42,476 bases of DNA from an uncultured Nitrososphaerota archaeon (GTDB taxonomy: Archaea > Thermoproteota > Nitrososphaeria > Conexivisphaerales > DTJL01), in contig CAWJIE010000001.1 in NCBI GenBank assembly GCA_963842885.1, positions 1 to 42,476 on the forward strand. Reading direction: 5' to 3'. The position numbers were made by a program, and so were the translations under genes. Every line of letters starts with the position of its first letter. Position 1 is the first letter of the stretch. Below are positions 8,861-18,337 of the stretch, in pieces. The notes below the pieces were generated by a model. That model saw nothing but the letters and a program-made list of their open reading frames with translations, made no database searches and was not told the origin of the DNA.

Positions 8861-11371
8861 TTAGGACTTGACAACTATGGTACCTTCAGGAGACGACTCA
8901 AACCTGAAGAGTGCATTCACTTCCGAATCTTCGAAGATTTCGGAATCGTGTGTGATGACGATGATTTGGCTAAGGGAGACGCTTTCGGGTGATGAATTGA
9001 AGTCCGAAATGAGTTTGACCAGAGACTTTCTGCGGTCGACGTCCAGGTGCGCCGTGGGCTCATCCAGTATGATGAAGTCCACTCTGCCTTTGCTCATGAG
9101 GCTGGCCATCGCGAAGCGAAGGGCCAAGGCGACCGCGACCTTCTCACCACCGCTCATTGAGGCGACATCGATCGTACCGGAGGCACCGTAGCATTCGATA
9201 TCCACTTCCCTTCTGCCTTCCTGGAGGGTTATCATGGAGAGTCCAACTCCGAAATTCCTGATGTACTCGGACGCCTTGCTAGAGATCTGCTTCAAGGCCC
9301 AGGAGCGGAGGCTCGTGGCCAAAGCGCCGTCTCTGTTGAAAAGGTCGGCACGAATGGTTTCGAAGAGCTTGACATATCTCGAAGCCCTGCTCAGCTTAGC
9401 CTCGGCTTGCGTGAGCGTCAGCAGTTCAGCCTTAGCGGTTTCGAGTTCTTTGACCAAACTGCCTTGCTCCCTCGCTTTGTCTTGGAGCCTCCGCTCGATT
9501 TCGGTGAAGTCCGACTGCAACTCTGCGTGCCTCGACTCATTATAGCTCACGGTCTCCGTTTGCAGAGTCAGGATGTCCGAAACGATACCTTGGGAGAAGG
9601 AATCTATGGCTAGGCTTCCGACGGGAGCCCTGCTGATATCGGTAGGAATGCCCCCGATGACCTTTTGCAGCGTGTTTTTCTCCTCGCTAAGCTTCTCCAA
9701 ATCATCTTGACTGGAAATCTTGTGTTCCTCCAGCCATGATAGCGCCGTATGCAAATTCGCTTTCTCATTCTGAACCTGTTTCTGGAGTTTCTTCGTCGCC
9801 GCGAGGTCAGCGTCAGCCTTAGACAGGGAATCTTCCAGTTCCTCGCGTCTTCCGAGCCTCGAAGATACCCTTTCCTGCTTTGTGAGGAGCTCTTTCAGTT
9901 TTCCCTCATTTGATTGGACGTCCCCTTCGTGCCCCTCCTTCTTCTCCAGAAGCCCCGTGAGGCGTTCCTGAGCTTGGTCATAGCTGCGTCTGTCTTTCAG
10001 AAGGCTTTGCGTCAGCTGAAGAGACTTCGCGTATCCATCGAGTTCGCCGTCCACAACCTTGAGTTCTTCCTCCTTGGCTCCGATCTTGTTCGATATCTCT
10101 GAAGAAGAGAAGGGCCTGTCGCAGGTGGGGCAGACTCCAGCATCCCGAATCTTCACGTAGTTCTCGAATTGGACTTTGATGCTGCCTTTTCTGTCGGTGG
10201 AGTCGAGGATCGATTTGTTGAGCCTCTTTGTCTGCTCTTCCAGCGCTTCCTGCGGCTCTTCGCAGGGTTTCTGAATCGAGGCCAGCTTGGCAATCTGCGG
10301 CTCCAGGTCAGAGATCTTCCTCTTGGACGCCTCGATCTTCTTCTTCGTATCAGTGATGTCCTTTGCGTATTCCTCCAGCTGGACTTGGAGTGGCTTGAGC
10401 TCGGATAGTTCGCCGCGAATATGCTTCTGTGTTTCGCTCAGAGTGCTTTCCTTTGAGTTGTATTCGTTCTCCCTTGCTTCGATGTCGCCCTTTCGGCTGG
10501 CCTGCACGAGGTACCCACTCGCCATGCCAATGTCTTCTTCGAGTGAGAGCAGCTCAGCTTTGAGCTGCTTCCGTTGTTCTTCTACATACGTGGTCAGGTC
10601 CCGTCTGCGGGCCTCGAGTTGGCCGAGCTTTGATTTCATCAGCTCGTATGAGGTCAGGTCGTTCCTGACCGATTCCTCTCTCGACTTCAGCCCAACCAGC
10701 TCCTGAGCGAGGGAATGCAGTTTCGTATCGGCTTCGTCCTTCCTCGTCTGGCGATCGGCTTTCATATTCTCCACTTGCTCGATCTCCGTGTCGTCAAATC
10801 CGCAATCGTTTCTGAGATGCTGTCTGAAGCCTGTGATCGCATCGCTCGAGTTACTGAATGCTATGTCCAACCTGTCGATACCGATGACGCCGTTGATGAG
10901 CTCCTTGAAGTCCTTTGGACTGTACCTGATGATCTCGTCCAGTTCTCCCTGCTGGACTATTGTCGAGACCCTCATTTTGTCGTAGTCCAACCCGATTATC
11001 TCGGATGCCTTGGATGTCATCGATTCGCCGAACTGTTTCCTCTCACCCTGGACTATCACGCGAGCGCCGCCGGAAAGCTCCCTGAGCACGCCTGACTCCA
11101 AGCTGCCGGCCTTCCCGAACCTCCTCTCCGCCAGATACTCCTTGTTCCCCAGAGTAAACCTGACCGACACGCCACCAGACGAAGCACCCCGTTTGACCAA
11201 GTTCTTCGCTTGTTCTCTCGTGTGTTCGCCGTAGAGAGCGTAGGTGATGGCGTCTATGACGGAGGACTTGCCTGCCCCGTTCTTCCCTATGAATATGTTG
11301 ACGCCCTCATCAAGATCGAGAGTCGTATCACCATGCGAAATGAAGTTGACTAGCCGCACGGTTTCGATCAT
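8861..11371 (-). CDS. rad50: Rad50 SMC-like ATPase
   Basis: Walker A GKNGAGKSS, Q-loop VQQGE, coiled coil with CPTC zinc hook, signature MSGGE, Walker B IILDEPT and H-loop VITH. Confidence 0.95.
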   Translation of the reverse strand: MIETVRLVNFISHGDTTLDLDEGVNIFIGKNGAGKSSVIDAITYALYGEHTREQAKNLVKRGASSGGVSVRFTLGNKEYLAERRFGKAGSLESGVLRELSGGARVIVQGERKQFGESMTSKASEIIGLDYDKMRVSTIVQQGELDEIIRYSPKDFKELINGVIGIDRLDIAFSNSSDAITGFRQHLRNDCGFDDTEIEQVENMKADRQTRKDEADTKLHSLAQELVGLKSREESVRNDLTSYELMKSKLGQLEARRRDLTTYVEEQRKQLKAELLSLEEDIGMASGYLVQASRKGDIEARENEYNSKESTLSETQKHIRGELSELKPLQVQLEEYAKDITDTKKKIEASKRKISDLEPQIAKLASIQKPCEEPQEALEEQTKRLNKSILDSTDRKGSIKVQFENYVKIRDAGVCPTCDRPFSSSEISNKIGAKEEELKVVDGELDGYAKSLQLTQSLLKDRRSYDQAQERLTGLLEKKEGHEGDVQSNEGKLKELLTKQERVSSRLGRREELEDSLSKADADLAATKKLQKQVQNEKANLHTALSWLEEHKISSQDDLEKLSEEKNTLQKVIGGIPTDISRAPVGSLAIDSFSQGIVSDILTLQTETVSYNESRHAELQSDFTEIERRLQDKAREQGSLVKELETAKAELLTLTQAEAKLSRASRYVKLFETIRADLFNRDGALATSLRSWALKQISSKASEYIRNFGVGLSMITLQEGRREVDIECYGASGTIDVASMSGGEKVAVALALRFAMASLMSKGRVDFIILDEPTAHLDVDRRKSLVKLISDFNSSPESVSLSQIIVITHDSEIFEDSEVNALFRFESSPEGTIVVKS

Positions 11372-12526
11372 TTACTGTTCCTCGAACCTCCCTTCGACGA
11401 AGGCTGACCACAGCAGGTCCGCTAACTCTTCAGATTCGCCTGACTCGGCCAGAGGCAGGAACTCTTCAAGAGCAAAGGCTGCCTTCTTCTTCTCACCCAA
11501 GACCTTGAGCGCGATGTTCTCCATCTCTTCGTCGATGTCTGAAGGGCGCTCTTGGTAGTCCTTCGCCGAGGTTACCCTTTCTTCGACAGGTTCCCACTGG
11601 CAGTACAGGCACTTCTCTTGAAGGGCCCGAATCGCGCTGGTGACCTTCGCGCTGTCGATATCCAGCCCCTTGATCGCCAGGTTCAAGAGAGGCTTCTTCT
11701 TGAGTTCTGCGATCTCAATGAGAAGTCTGGCCACCTGTTCCTTCAGTTCCTTGTACTGAACCTCTCTGTAGAGCCGCCTCCGTGAAGACGTGAGCTCGAC
11801 CCATTCGGGCTTCGCTTCGGATCCCGTGAAGTCGACGATGTAGAATCCCTTTCTAGAGTCCTTGATCCCTTCGTTCCCGGTCGCATCGGTGGACCCGGGA
11901 TAACACAGAGGGCCTCCCAGGTCCTCAAACTTCTTTTCAAACCTATCGTGGAGGTGCCCCATGGCGTAGTAGTCGAACCTCTTCGGCAAGTCCGCAGACG
12001 TCAGTTCGCCGGCAAACTGGTGGAATTCCGTGAGCGCCTGGTGCAATACCAATACCTTCTTTCCGCTCCGCTCCTGGATTATGGCGTCTAGCGCGTTGAG
12101 CTTCTGCTGTAGTTCGGAGATCTCAGTCCTTCTTCGCTTGTGGAATCCGACGAGGGTCAGCCCGTCAACGGTCAATGGCTTCCCGTCCTCCAGGTAGGTC
12201 GCAAGTCCCGCTCGCTGGTACAGCATCGCGGAGGGTGTTTCGTAGAGCCTACTGATGTCGTGCTCCCCAAGCGTATAGTAGAACCTGATGCCCTTCTCGT
12301 TCAATTGCTTCAGGAGTCCAACGAGCTTCACGAGGGCGGTTCCACTAGGCCTCGGGACATCGAAGATGTCTCCGGCATGGATGATGATGTCTACCCTGTC
12401 TTTGATCATCACCTGCATCGATTCCTCGAAGGCTTCATAGAAGTCGTCCTCCCTCTCCCTGAGTCCATAAGGAGAGGCGCCGAGATGAGTATCAGAGAGG
12501 TGGCCTACAAGCATTGGCTCTCTCAC
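11372..12526 (-). CDS. mre11: Mre11 nuclease
   Basis: Metallophosphoesterase motifs HLSDTHLG, HAGDIFD, GEHD, LHQ and MGHLH, plus YPGS. Adjacent to rad50. Confidence 0.93.
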   Translation of the reverse strand: MREPMLVGHLSDTHLGASPYGLREREDDFYEAFEESMQVMIKDRVDIIIHAGDIFDVPRPSGTALVKLVGLLKQLNEKGIRFYYTLGEHDISRLYETPSAMLYQRAGLATYLEDGKPLTVDGLTLVGFHKRRRTEISELQQKLNALDAIIQERSGKKVLVLHQALTEFHQFAGELTSADLPKRFDYYAMGHLHDRFEKKFEDLGGPLCYPGSTDATGNEGIKDSRKGFYIVDFTGSEAKPEWVELTSSRRRLYREVQYKELKEQVARLLIEIAELKKKPLLNLAIKGLDIDSAKVTSAIRALQEKCLYCQWEPVEERVTSAKDYQERPSDIDEEMENIALKVLGEKKKAAFALEEFLPLAESGESEELADLLWSAFVEGRFEEQ

Positions 12527-14064
12527 TCTTCCCTGATCGAGTCAGAAGTGGTCCCTGCCGCTATGCTTTCCACCTTCGCTCGCTCGGACCATTCCGCCAC
12601 GGCATCTATGTCTGCCCCCATCATTTTCTCCTCAACCTTGTCAATCTTGGCCAGTGACGGAAGAGTCACCCACTGGCCGAGGAGGACCGTTTCACCCACG
12701 TTCAGGGAAGGCAGGTAACTGGCCAGCTCTTCGCTGACGAGCTCGCTCGACTCGATGATGTAGCTCTGGTCCTTCGGCTGCGTGATCCTGGACACTGCCA
12801 ATGAGCCCATCTGGCTCAGGACATCTGAGTCCAGCCTGCTGGGTCTCTGCGACACGACAATCAACGCGACCCCGAACTTGCGCCCCTCCCGCGCGACCTT
12901 TGAGGCGACGTACTTGGCATCTGTGTCTCTGTCGTTCGGAAGGAACGAATGCGCCTCTTCGATCGCGAAGACGACAGGGGCCATGAACCGTATCCTCTCG
13001 CTCTTGTCCTCTCTTCCGGACAGCCTGTATCTGCGGGCCTTCTTCCTGTCTTCAAGCACTTCATCGAGGTAATAGGATATGACGATGGAGGCCTGCATCT
13101 CGGTCAGCTCCAGCATGTTCAAGACGTTGACCTGATTCGGCTTGAGCTGATCCACAGGGTCACCTATGTCTGGGTCGAGTATCGCTCCCTTCCTCCTCCG
13201 GGCCCTCTCCACGATCTCAGTTAGCCTCTCGGCGATCCTCTTCTCCTCCGCCTTCGATGTGTCACTCGCGATCAGGTTCGTCAGGCTTTCAAGCAGGGCT
13301 CCCCAGAAGTCCTTGGCCTGCCTGACTCCTTCGGTGAAGACCCTGTTCAAGACCGACCTTTGCCTTTCGGCCTTGGCCCTCACGTCCAAGACGTCGGCGA
13401 ACATCTCCACGTCCAGAAGTCTGGGGTTTATCCTAGCCTTGAGGTGGACGATGCTGGACAACTTCAGGTCCGAATACTCGCCCTGATAGTCGAATATCAC
13501 CAGGGTGCCCTTCACATCTGATAGGCGCTTGGCGAGCAGCGCGAGAAGGTTCGACTTGCCACTGCCCGTTGCGGCCAGGATCCCCAGGTGTCTAGAAGCG
13601 AGGCGATTGACATTGACGGACACGGGGACATTTTCATTTCGCAACAGGGTACCGACCTTCGCCCATCCCTTGTCGTCCCTGCTGAACACGTCCTTGAGCT
13701 CGGAGGGCGTAGCAGCGAAGACCTCCGACCCAGGCTCGGGTGGCAACGATGGAAGGTTCGACCCCCCTTTCCTAAGGTAATCCAGAAGGCCCAGCACCCT
13801 CACCGAAGCGAGGTTCCTCTTGTCTCGCGGGTTGCTTGAGGCGACTTTCTTGGCCTCCTGGGCAGATTGAAAGTTGGTGGCCGAGCCCAGTAGGTCGCTG
13901 CTGACTCGGCTCGCTTCAACTAGCCCCAGTACGTTGCCCTCAAGTGCCTCGACTGTGACGTACTCGCCTACTCTAGAAGGTTTCTCCGCCAGGTAATCGA
14001 ACCCAGATGGGCTCGCCTCGCCCGAAACGATGCCCACAAGGTTGCGTCGGCCTTCACTCGCCAA
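12523..14064 (-). CDS. herA: HerA bipolar DNA helicase/translocase
   Basis: N-terminal HAS barrel, RHLGILAATGSGKS, FAIEEAH and VAREGRKFG...VSQRPS. Probable TTG start at 14064. Confidence 0.93.
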   Translation of the reverse strand: MASEGRRNLVGIVSGEASPSGFDYLAEKPSRVGEYVTVEALEGNVLGLVEASRVSSDLLGSATNFQSAQEAKKVASSNPRDKRNLASVRVLGLLDYLRKGGSNLPSLPPEPGSEVFAATPSELKDVFSRDDKGWAKVGTLLRNENVPVSVNVNRLASRHLGILAATGSGKSNLLALLAKRLSDVKGTLVIFDYQGEYSDLKLSSIVHLKARINPRLLDVEMFADVLDVRAKAERQRSVLNRVFTEGVRQAKDFWGALLESLTNLIASDTSKAEEKRIAERLTEIVERARRRKGAILDPDIGDPVDQLKPNQVNVLNMLELTEMQASIVISYYLDEVLEDRKKARRYRLSGREDKSERIRFMAPVVFAIEEAHSFLPNDRDTDAKYVASKVAREGRKFGVALIVVSQRPSRLDSDVLSQMGSLAVSRITQPKDQSYIIESSELVSEELASYLPSLNVGETVLLGQWVTLPSLAKIDKVEEKMMGADIDAVAEWSERAKVESIAAGTTSDSIREE

Positions 14065-14917
14065 GTACTTCTCTCCCTCCTGTCTCAATCTCGAGACCTA
14101 GCACGTTGGCCAGTCTGCCCATGTCTTCGTTTGCCACCTTACACCTTTCGTGAGCGAGCCTCAACACGTAAGGGTATCCGGAGTAGCTCTTCGCGCTCAT
14201 CAAATCAAGAAGTCGCTCAGCACGCTGATTGTCGACATCGCCGGAGACCTCGACCTTGATGCATGGAGTGAACTCCGCCAGCCGGGCATAGAACACGGAG
14301 ACGCCGATCTTATCGTAGTATGGGCTCGAGAAGCCTGGAGAGCGCGAAGCCTTGTTGAAGTAGAACAAGTCTCCCACCCCTCCTTCCAGCATCACGTTGC
14401 TCTCCGATGTCTTGGATACGAAAACGATGTTCTCCTTGGCCATGAGATCCCTAGCGAATTCATAGAACCTGATCGGCTTCTTAAGCCTGCGATCGTAGAA
14501 TCTGGCGAGGACCGAGCCATCCACCAAGACAAAGTCTATCTTCTTCGCGCTTTCGGTTGCCAATCCATATTCAAACTCCATGCCGAGGCTTTCGAGGTAG
14601 AGCCTGGGATTGAAAACAACCTGACTGCCTTCCATCGCCCCGAGAGTGCTCAGGTCTACGGTATATCGAGGTGGGACTAGGAACGAGTTGTCTGCCAACG
14701 AGGAGACGGCCTCGACGGCGTAAAGGTAGTAGCCTTGGAACATGACCAAGTTCCAGCTGCTGTCGATGCCAGCAACGGTGGAGTTGCCGTTCTGGGGAGC
14801 ATAGGCGTTCCACATGCTCCTGGCTTTGCCGAGCAGTTCGGCGTTGGCAGTGGCATCGATCTTGCTTAGGATTCTCTCTCTGTCCGCAAGGGCTTGTTCA
14901 TACGTTTGAATCAGCAT
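14054..14917 (-). CDS. nurA: NurA 5'-3' nuclease
   Basis: Motifs AGIDSS, VLVDGS, VSKTS and GYPYVLRLAHERC. First gene of the operon. Confidence 0.9.
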   Translation of the reverse strand: MLIQTYEQALADRERILSKIDATANAELLGKARSMWNAYAPQNGNSTVAGIDSSWNLVMFQGYYLYAVEAVSSLADNSFLVPPRYTVDLSTLGAMEGSQVVFNPRLYLESLGMEFEYGLATESAKKIDFVLVDGSVLARFYDRRLKKPIRFYEFARDLMAKENIVFVSKTSESNVMLEGGVGDLFYFNKASRSPGFSSPYYDKIGVSVFYARLAEFTPCIKVEVSGDVDNQRAERLLDLMSAKSYSGYPYVLRLAHERCKVANEDMGRLANVLGLEIETGGREVLGE

Positions 14918-15269
14918 GAATGAGCCCCCCGCAGTTCTCCGCGCGAAATGAATGTGGGCGACAGTCCTCACATGAAGCGGCCATATCGATCACAAAAGGC
15001 TGGCGATAGCGGTTCATCGAGCGCATGCAATGTGTCAAGATGATATCTCACCACCGCCGTGGTTATCACCTTTTCTGCTCGGCGCTCGAGTGGCAGTAGG
15101 TGGGACGCACAGATCCTTTCCCGTTGCCTTTTCAGAGTAGCTGGATGCCTGGGGCCTCGCCGTCATCGAGTAGTATTTCTGCAGGCGCACCTCGATCAGG
15201 TTGCACGGCCACGAGGAGAGTGATTATGACAAGCCTAATGCTCTGACCGGTCTTCTTCGCCTCTTGCTA

Positions 15270-15864
15270 CCTGTGATTGGCTTCATCAACAGTATCTCTC
15301 CCGCTGTTCCTGATCTTTTCATCGACCAGCCTCACGGCATAGCAGCAGGCGCAGACATTTCCCGCCCAAGCTAATGTCCGGCCGTCATTCTTTGCATACA
15401 ATCGAACTATGCATTGTCCTCCCGCACTTTTCACAGCGAAGCCTCCTCCCTCCGGGCTTTATCAAAGACAGGACTCCACCCGTGTAGTCTATCTCTCTCT
15501 TGCTCAGGACTCCCATCGACGCCAGGAAATCCAGCACGTTCCTGATTTCGTGATCGGAAGCGTTGTATCCAAGCCTTCCGAGCTTGTCGATTACGTCTTC
15601 ACCGGTCCTCTCCTCAAGGAGGAGCTCGAGCATGGCGGGAAGGTACGGGTACTTCGGCGGGCCTTTCTCTGCATCCGGCGTGTTTCCGAGCTCAGGGCTT
15701 CTTCGATAGGCGTGCCTCGATATCCTGTTCACTTTCAGGCAGCCCGTGCAGGCATAGAAGGTGGGCAGCCACCTGCGCTTCCCGTTGACGGTGACGAACG
15801 CGTACAGCGTCCTCTGCAGCGTCTGCTTCCCGCATCCAGTGCAGGTCCTGTAGATCAGAGGCAT
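15270..15864 (-). CDS. Multi-Zn-ribbon / winged-helix protein, putative regulator (frameshift near 15390)
   Basis: CTGC...CTGC, a central wHTH-like segment (EIRNVLDFLASMGVLSK), CEKC, and a further CACC in the next frame. Confidence 0.55.
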
Positions 15865-15881
15865 GTCTTACGAAAGGAAAG

Positions 15882-15893
15882 TCGCTTTTAACG
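15882..15893 (-). promoter_or_regulatory. Archaeal TATA-containing motif CGTTAAAAGCGA
   Basis: TTAAAA lies 22-27 nt upstream of the ATG at 15864. The identical 12-mer occurs at 39674 and 40441. Confidence 0.6.
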
Positions 15894-16000
15894 ACGAGAG
15901 CGGGCAAGCTCCGTAGACAAGCCAGGAACTTAGTGCGTGAGTGGGGAAGCCCACGGCTACGGTCGTTGAAGGATATCGCGTCCACCGTGAACTTGAGAGG

Positions 16001-16333
16001 AAAGGATAAGCCGCATGCTCTTCGGTGGGCTCTCTGCAAAGAATCGCACACCCCGACCGCCCCTCCACCGTCCGACACCCTCTTGCGAGGTTAGCCGGAC
16101 GGCTTCAACGGGATTCCCTTGGCTGAAGGGAACTCTCCACATCATTGTGATGCAGAGAACGGTTTCGGCCCGTCTCATCTCATCTGAGAAAGGCCAACCT
16201 CCGCGCCCCGATCGGGGAACGGAAGCACCCGTAGCCCAGTCAACGCTGGGTCGGGATCATCAGGGGGAAACGTCCCTTTCGGGACTCGTCCTCCACAAGG
16301 GAGGAAAACGGGCCTAAGCCCTCATCCCCTTTC
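16001..16333 (-). ncRNA. Putative highly structured ncRNA or ssDNA element
   Basis: Eight consecutive hairpins, GAAA and GCAA tetraloops, G-U pairs on the minus strand, and a possible closing helix. Confidence 0.45.
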
Positions 16334-16557
16334 GTTACCTCATCGTACTTTACGTAAGACTGTACGGCTCCTCCTACCTTTGTTTCTGCGAAGGTGTTCC
16401 GGGCATCTAGGCAATGCTCCTCATATGCCGTAGCCGACTACTGCCCTTCTTCGGCGTCTACCTTTCCTTTCAGAATGGCCGCCTGAGCCAGCTCAGACAA
16501 GTATGACCACCGCCTGGAAAAAGGAAGTGCCTACACCTTCTGGGGGGAGGCAGTGCC

Positions 16558-16761
16558 TTACAGCTGGGACAGCAGCTTGACCAGGTCCGGCAGCCTGTCC
16601 TTCGGCAGAGTGACTCCCTTCTTAGTCGGTCCGGCGTACTTATCACCTGAGACGAAGAGCCTGATGTCTATCCTTTCGACGTCGTCATTGCCCTTAAACT
16701 TCGACACCACCAGGCTGCTCTTGGCGCTAAGAGGGATTTCGCCCAGTTTCGTCGACTCCAT
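16558..16761 (-). CDS. PC4/YdbC-like (transcriptional coactivator p15) ssDNA-binding protein
   Basis: LVVSKFKG...RIDIRLF...GPTKKGVTL matches the PC4 pattern. GGAGGTG SD upstream of the ATG at 16761. Confidence 0.8.
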   Translation of the reverse strand: MESTKLGEIPLSAKSSLVVSKFKGNDDVERIDIRLFVSGDKYAGPTKKGVTLPKDRLPDLVKLLSQL

Positions 16762-16837
16762 GCCTCTCCATTCACCTCCCATCCTTCCATCCGTACGGAC
16801 CTAGCTGGCCCGCCCCGACATCCTTCGATCTTTTCAT

Positions 16838-17230
16838 TCACTTTCCCACTGGAAACCTGTTAAGGAACTTGCCCTTCGAGATACGATACTTGTGGTCATC
16901 CACCACGATGCCAGGATCTCCGGCCTTCCTGAGCTCCTCGATGAAGTCCTTCAGTGGCTCCAGCTCCTTCAGGAGGACATCGTTCGGGTCGGTCATGAAA
17001 GTCCATTCGCCATTGCTCTGGGAGAACTTCTTCCAGCCTTGCCCGTTGAGGAGGGCTACTGCATCGGCTTTGAGCGCCCCTTTCTTGCTCATTTCATACT
17101 CCGTCCTGACCGCCTTGATCTGGTCGACCATTCCGTTCGCATTGCTCAGTATCAGCTTCTCGAGCCTGTCAAGGGCTGAGGCAACGAGGTCGCTTTCTTC
17201 CTTGGGCTGCTCCTGTCTGCTGTCATTCAT
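16838..17230 (-). CDS. Hypothetical protein
   Basis: 130-aa ORF with SD AGGAGGTGA, within the operon. Confidence 0.7.
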   Translation of the reverse strand: MNDSRQEQPKEESDLVASALDRLEKLILSNANGMVDQIKAVRTEYEMSKKGALKADAVALLNGQGWKKFSQSNGEWTFMTDPNDVLLKELEPLKDFIEELRKAGDPGIVVDDHKYRISKGKFLNRFPVGK

Positions 17231-17260
17231 CTTCTTTCACCTCCTTCTAAGTCCGTTTCC

Positions 17261-18337
17261 TTAAAACGGGCTGACAGGGTCGATTGTCATCCGCACCCTT
17301 GAAACAAGGTGCGAATCATCGGGGGCTGTCATAGTTCCGAGCTTCTCCTCCACGAACTGGAGCACTTCGTCCTGTTGCAGGACTTCTGGCCTGAGGTAGC
17401 CGTCGTTCACCAGCCCTTCTGCGATCTTCGTGGCCGCGTATTCCTCCCGGCCGATTTTCGCCGCTCCCGCGGCCCTCGCGAGGGCCTCCACGACCCTGGA
17501 ATCCGGGAGCTCGACGATCAGTGTATTGAGGTTGGCCGTCGCGTTGTTCCTCTTGACTGCACGGACTACCTCGTCCACCGGTCCACAAGGATTCTCCCTG
17601 AGAGCCTCGACGACCTGGTTGGTCTCCCTCACGGTCAGGCGGTTCTTTTCGATGGCCCTGGCCACGGCCACCTTCTGGTCATTGGTCTCGAGGTTGGCAA
17701 GCGCCAGGCCGTGCTTGATGGTCAGCTTGCCCTCCCCCCGGCTCAGGCGTTCACCCGAGTGAACGTCCTCCGTCGCCCTCGCCAGGGCGTGCCCCTGCCC
17801 GACGCTGATCTTCGCGGCCACCCTCGCTGGGAGCCTGTTGAGCGAGAGCACGGTGCTGATCCAACCCACGCTCACGTTGTACTGCCTCGCGATATCCCTC
17901 TCGCTCATCTTCAGGTTGCTGACCAGCAGCTTCAGCGCCCTGGCCAGCTCTCCCCCGTTGTAGGCCCAGCGCCTGAGGTTGTCGTCCACCATCATCCGCA
18001 CGGCGGAACCTTCGTCCATCTCCCTCACAACGACGTCCAGGCCCACCTCGAGCTCGGTGAACCCCAGGATTTCGGTCATCGCCCTGAACCTCGTGTGGCC
18101 GCAGACTATCTCGTACCGGCCTCCCTGGGGCCTGGCGAGGATAGGGTTGAAGGGGTGCCCTCCGCTCTGCCTGATGCTCTCCGCGAGCGACTGCAGCCTG
18201 TTCATCGTCGGCGTTTCGCTGGGCTCGACCGCCTCGCCGGGCGGCGGTGGCAGCCTGTTGAATTCGAGCCGAGGGTTCAGCGGGTGAGGCCTGAACATCG
18301 ACGCCGGTATCCTCGCTCCGCTTGCGATGGTGCTCAT
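17261..18337 (-). CDS. ParB/Srx-domain protein with HTH (ParB/RepB/Spo0J-like)
   Basis: RPHPLNPR, LAESIRQSG, NPILARP, YEIVCGHTRFRA, DNLRR and HTH SERDIARQYNVSVGWIS. Confidence 0.85.
   Translation of the reverse strand: MSTIASGARIPASMFRPHPLNPRLEFNRLPPPPGEAVEPSETPTMNRLQSLAESIRQSGGHPFNPILARPQGGRYEIVCGHTRFRAMTEILGFTELEVGLDVVVREMDEGSAVRMMVDDNLRRWAYNGGELARALKLLVSNLKMSERDIARQYNVSVGWISTVLSLNRLPARVAAKISVGQGHALARATEDVHSGERLSRGEGKLTIKHGLALANLETNDQKVAVARAIEKNRLTVRETNQVVEALRENPCGPVDEVVRAVKRNNATANLNTLIVELPDSRVVEALARAAGAAKIGREEYAATKIAEGLVNDGYLRPEVLQQDEVLQFVEEKLGTMTAPDDSHLVSRVRMTIDPVSPF

Noticed and set aside
16255-16295. Hammerhead ribozyme (GACGAGUCCCGAAAGGGACG and a nearby CUGAUGA)
   Set aside because: Core elements are in the wrong order; the stem is followed by GUUU rather than GAAA and is not preceded by CUGANGA.
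15995-16333. RNase P RNA (GAGGACGAGUCC near the 5' end and GGCUUAU near the 3' end)
   Set aside because: The resemblance is only partial. The GUCCC is tied up in a local GAAA hairpin, and the conserved ACAGAA and UGAAA regions are missing.
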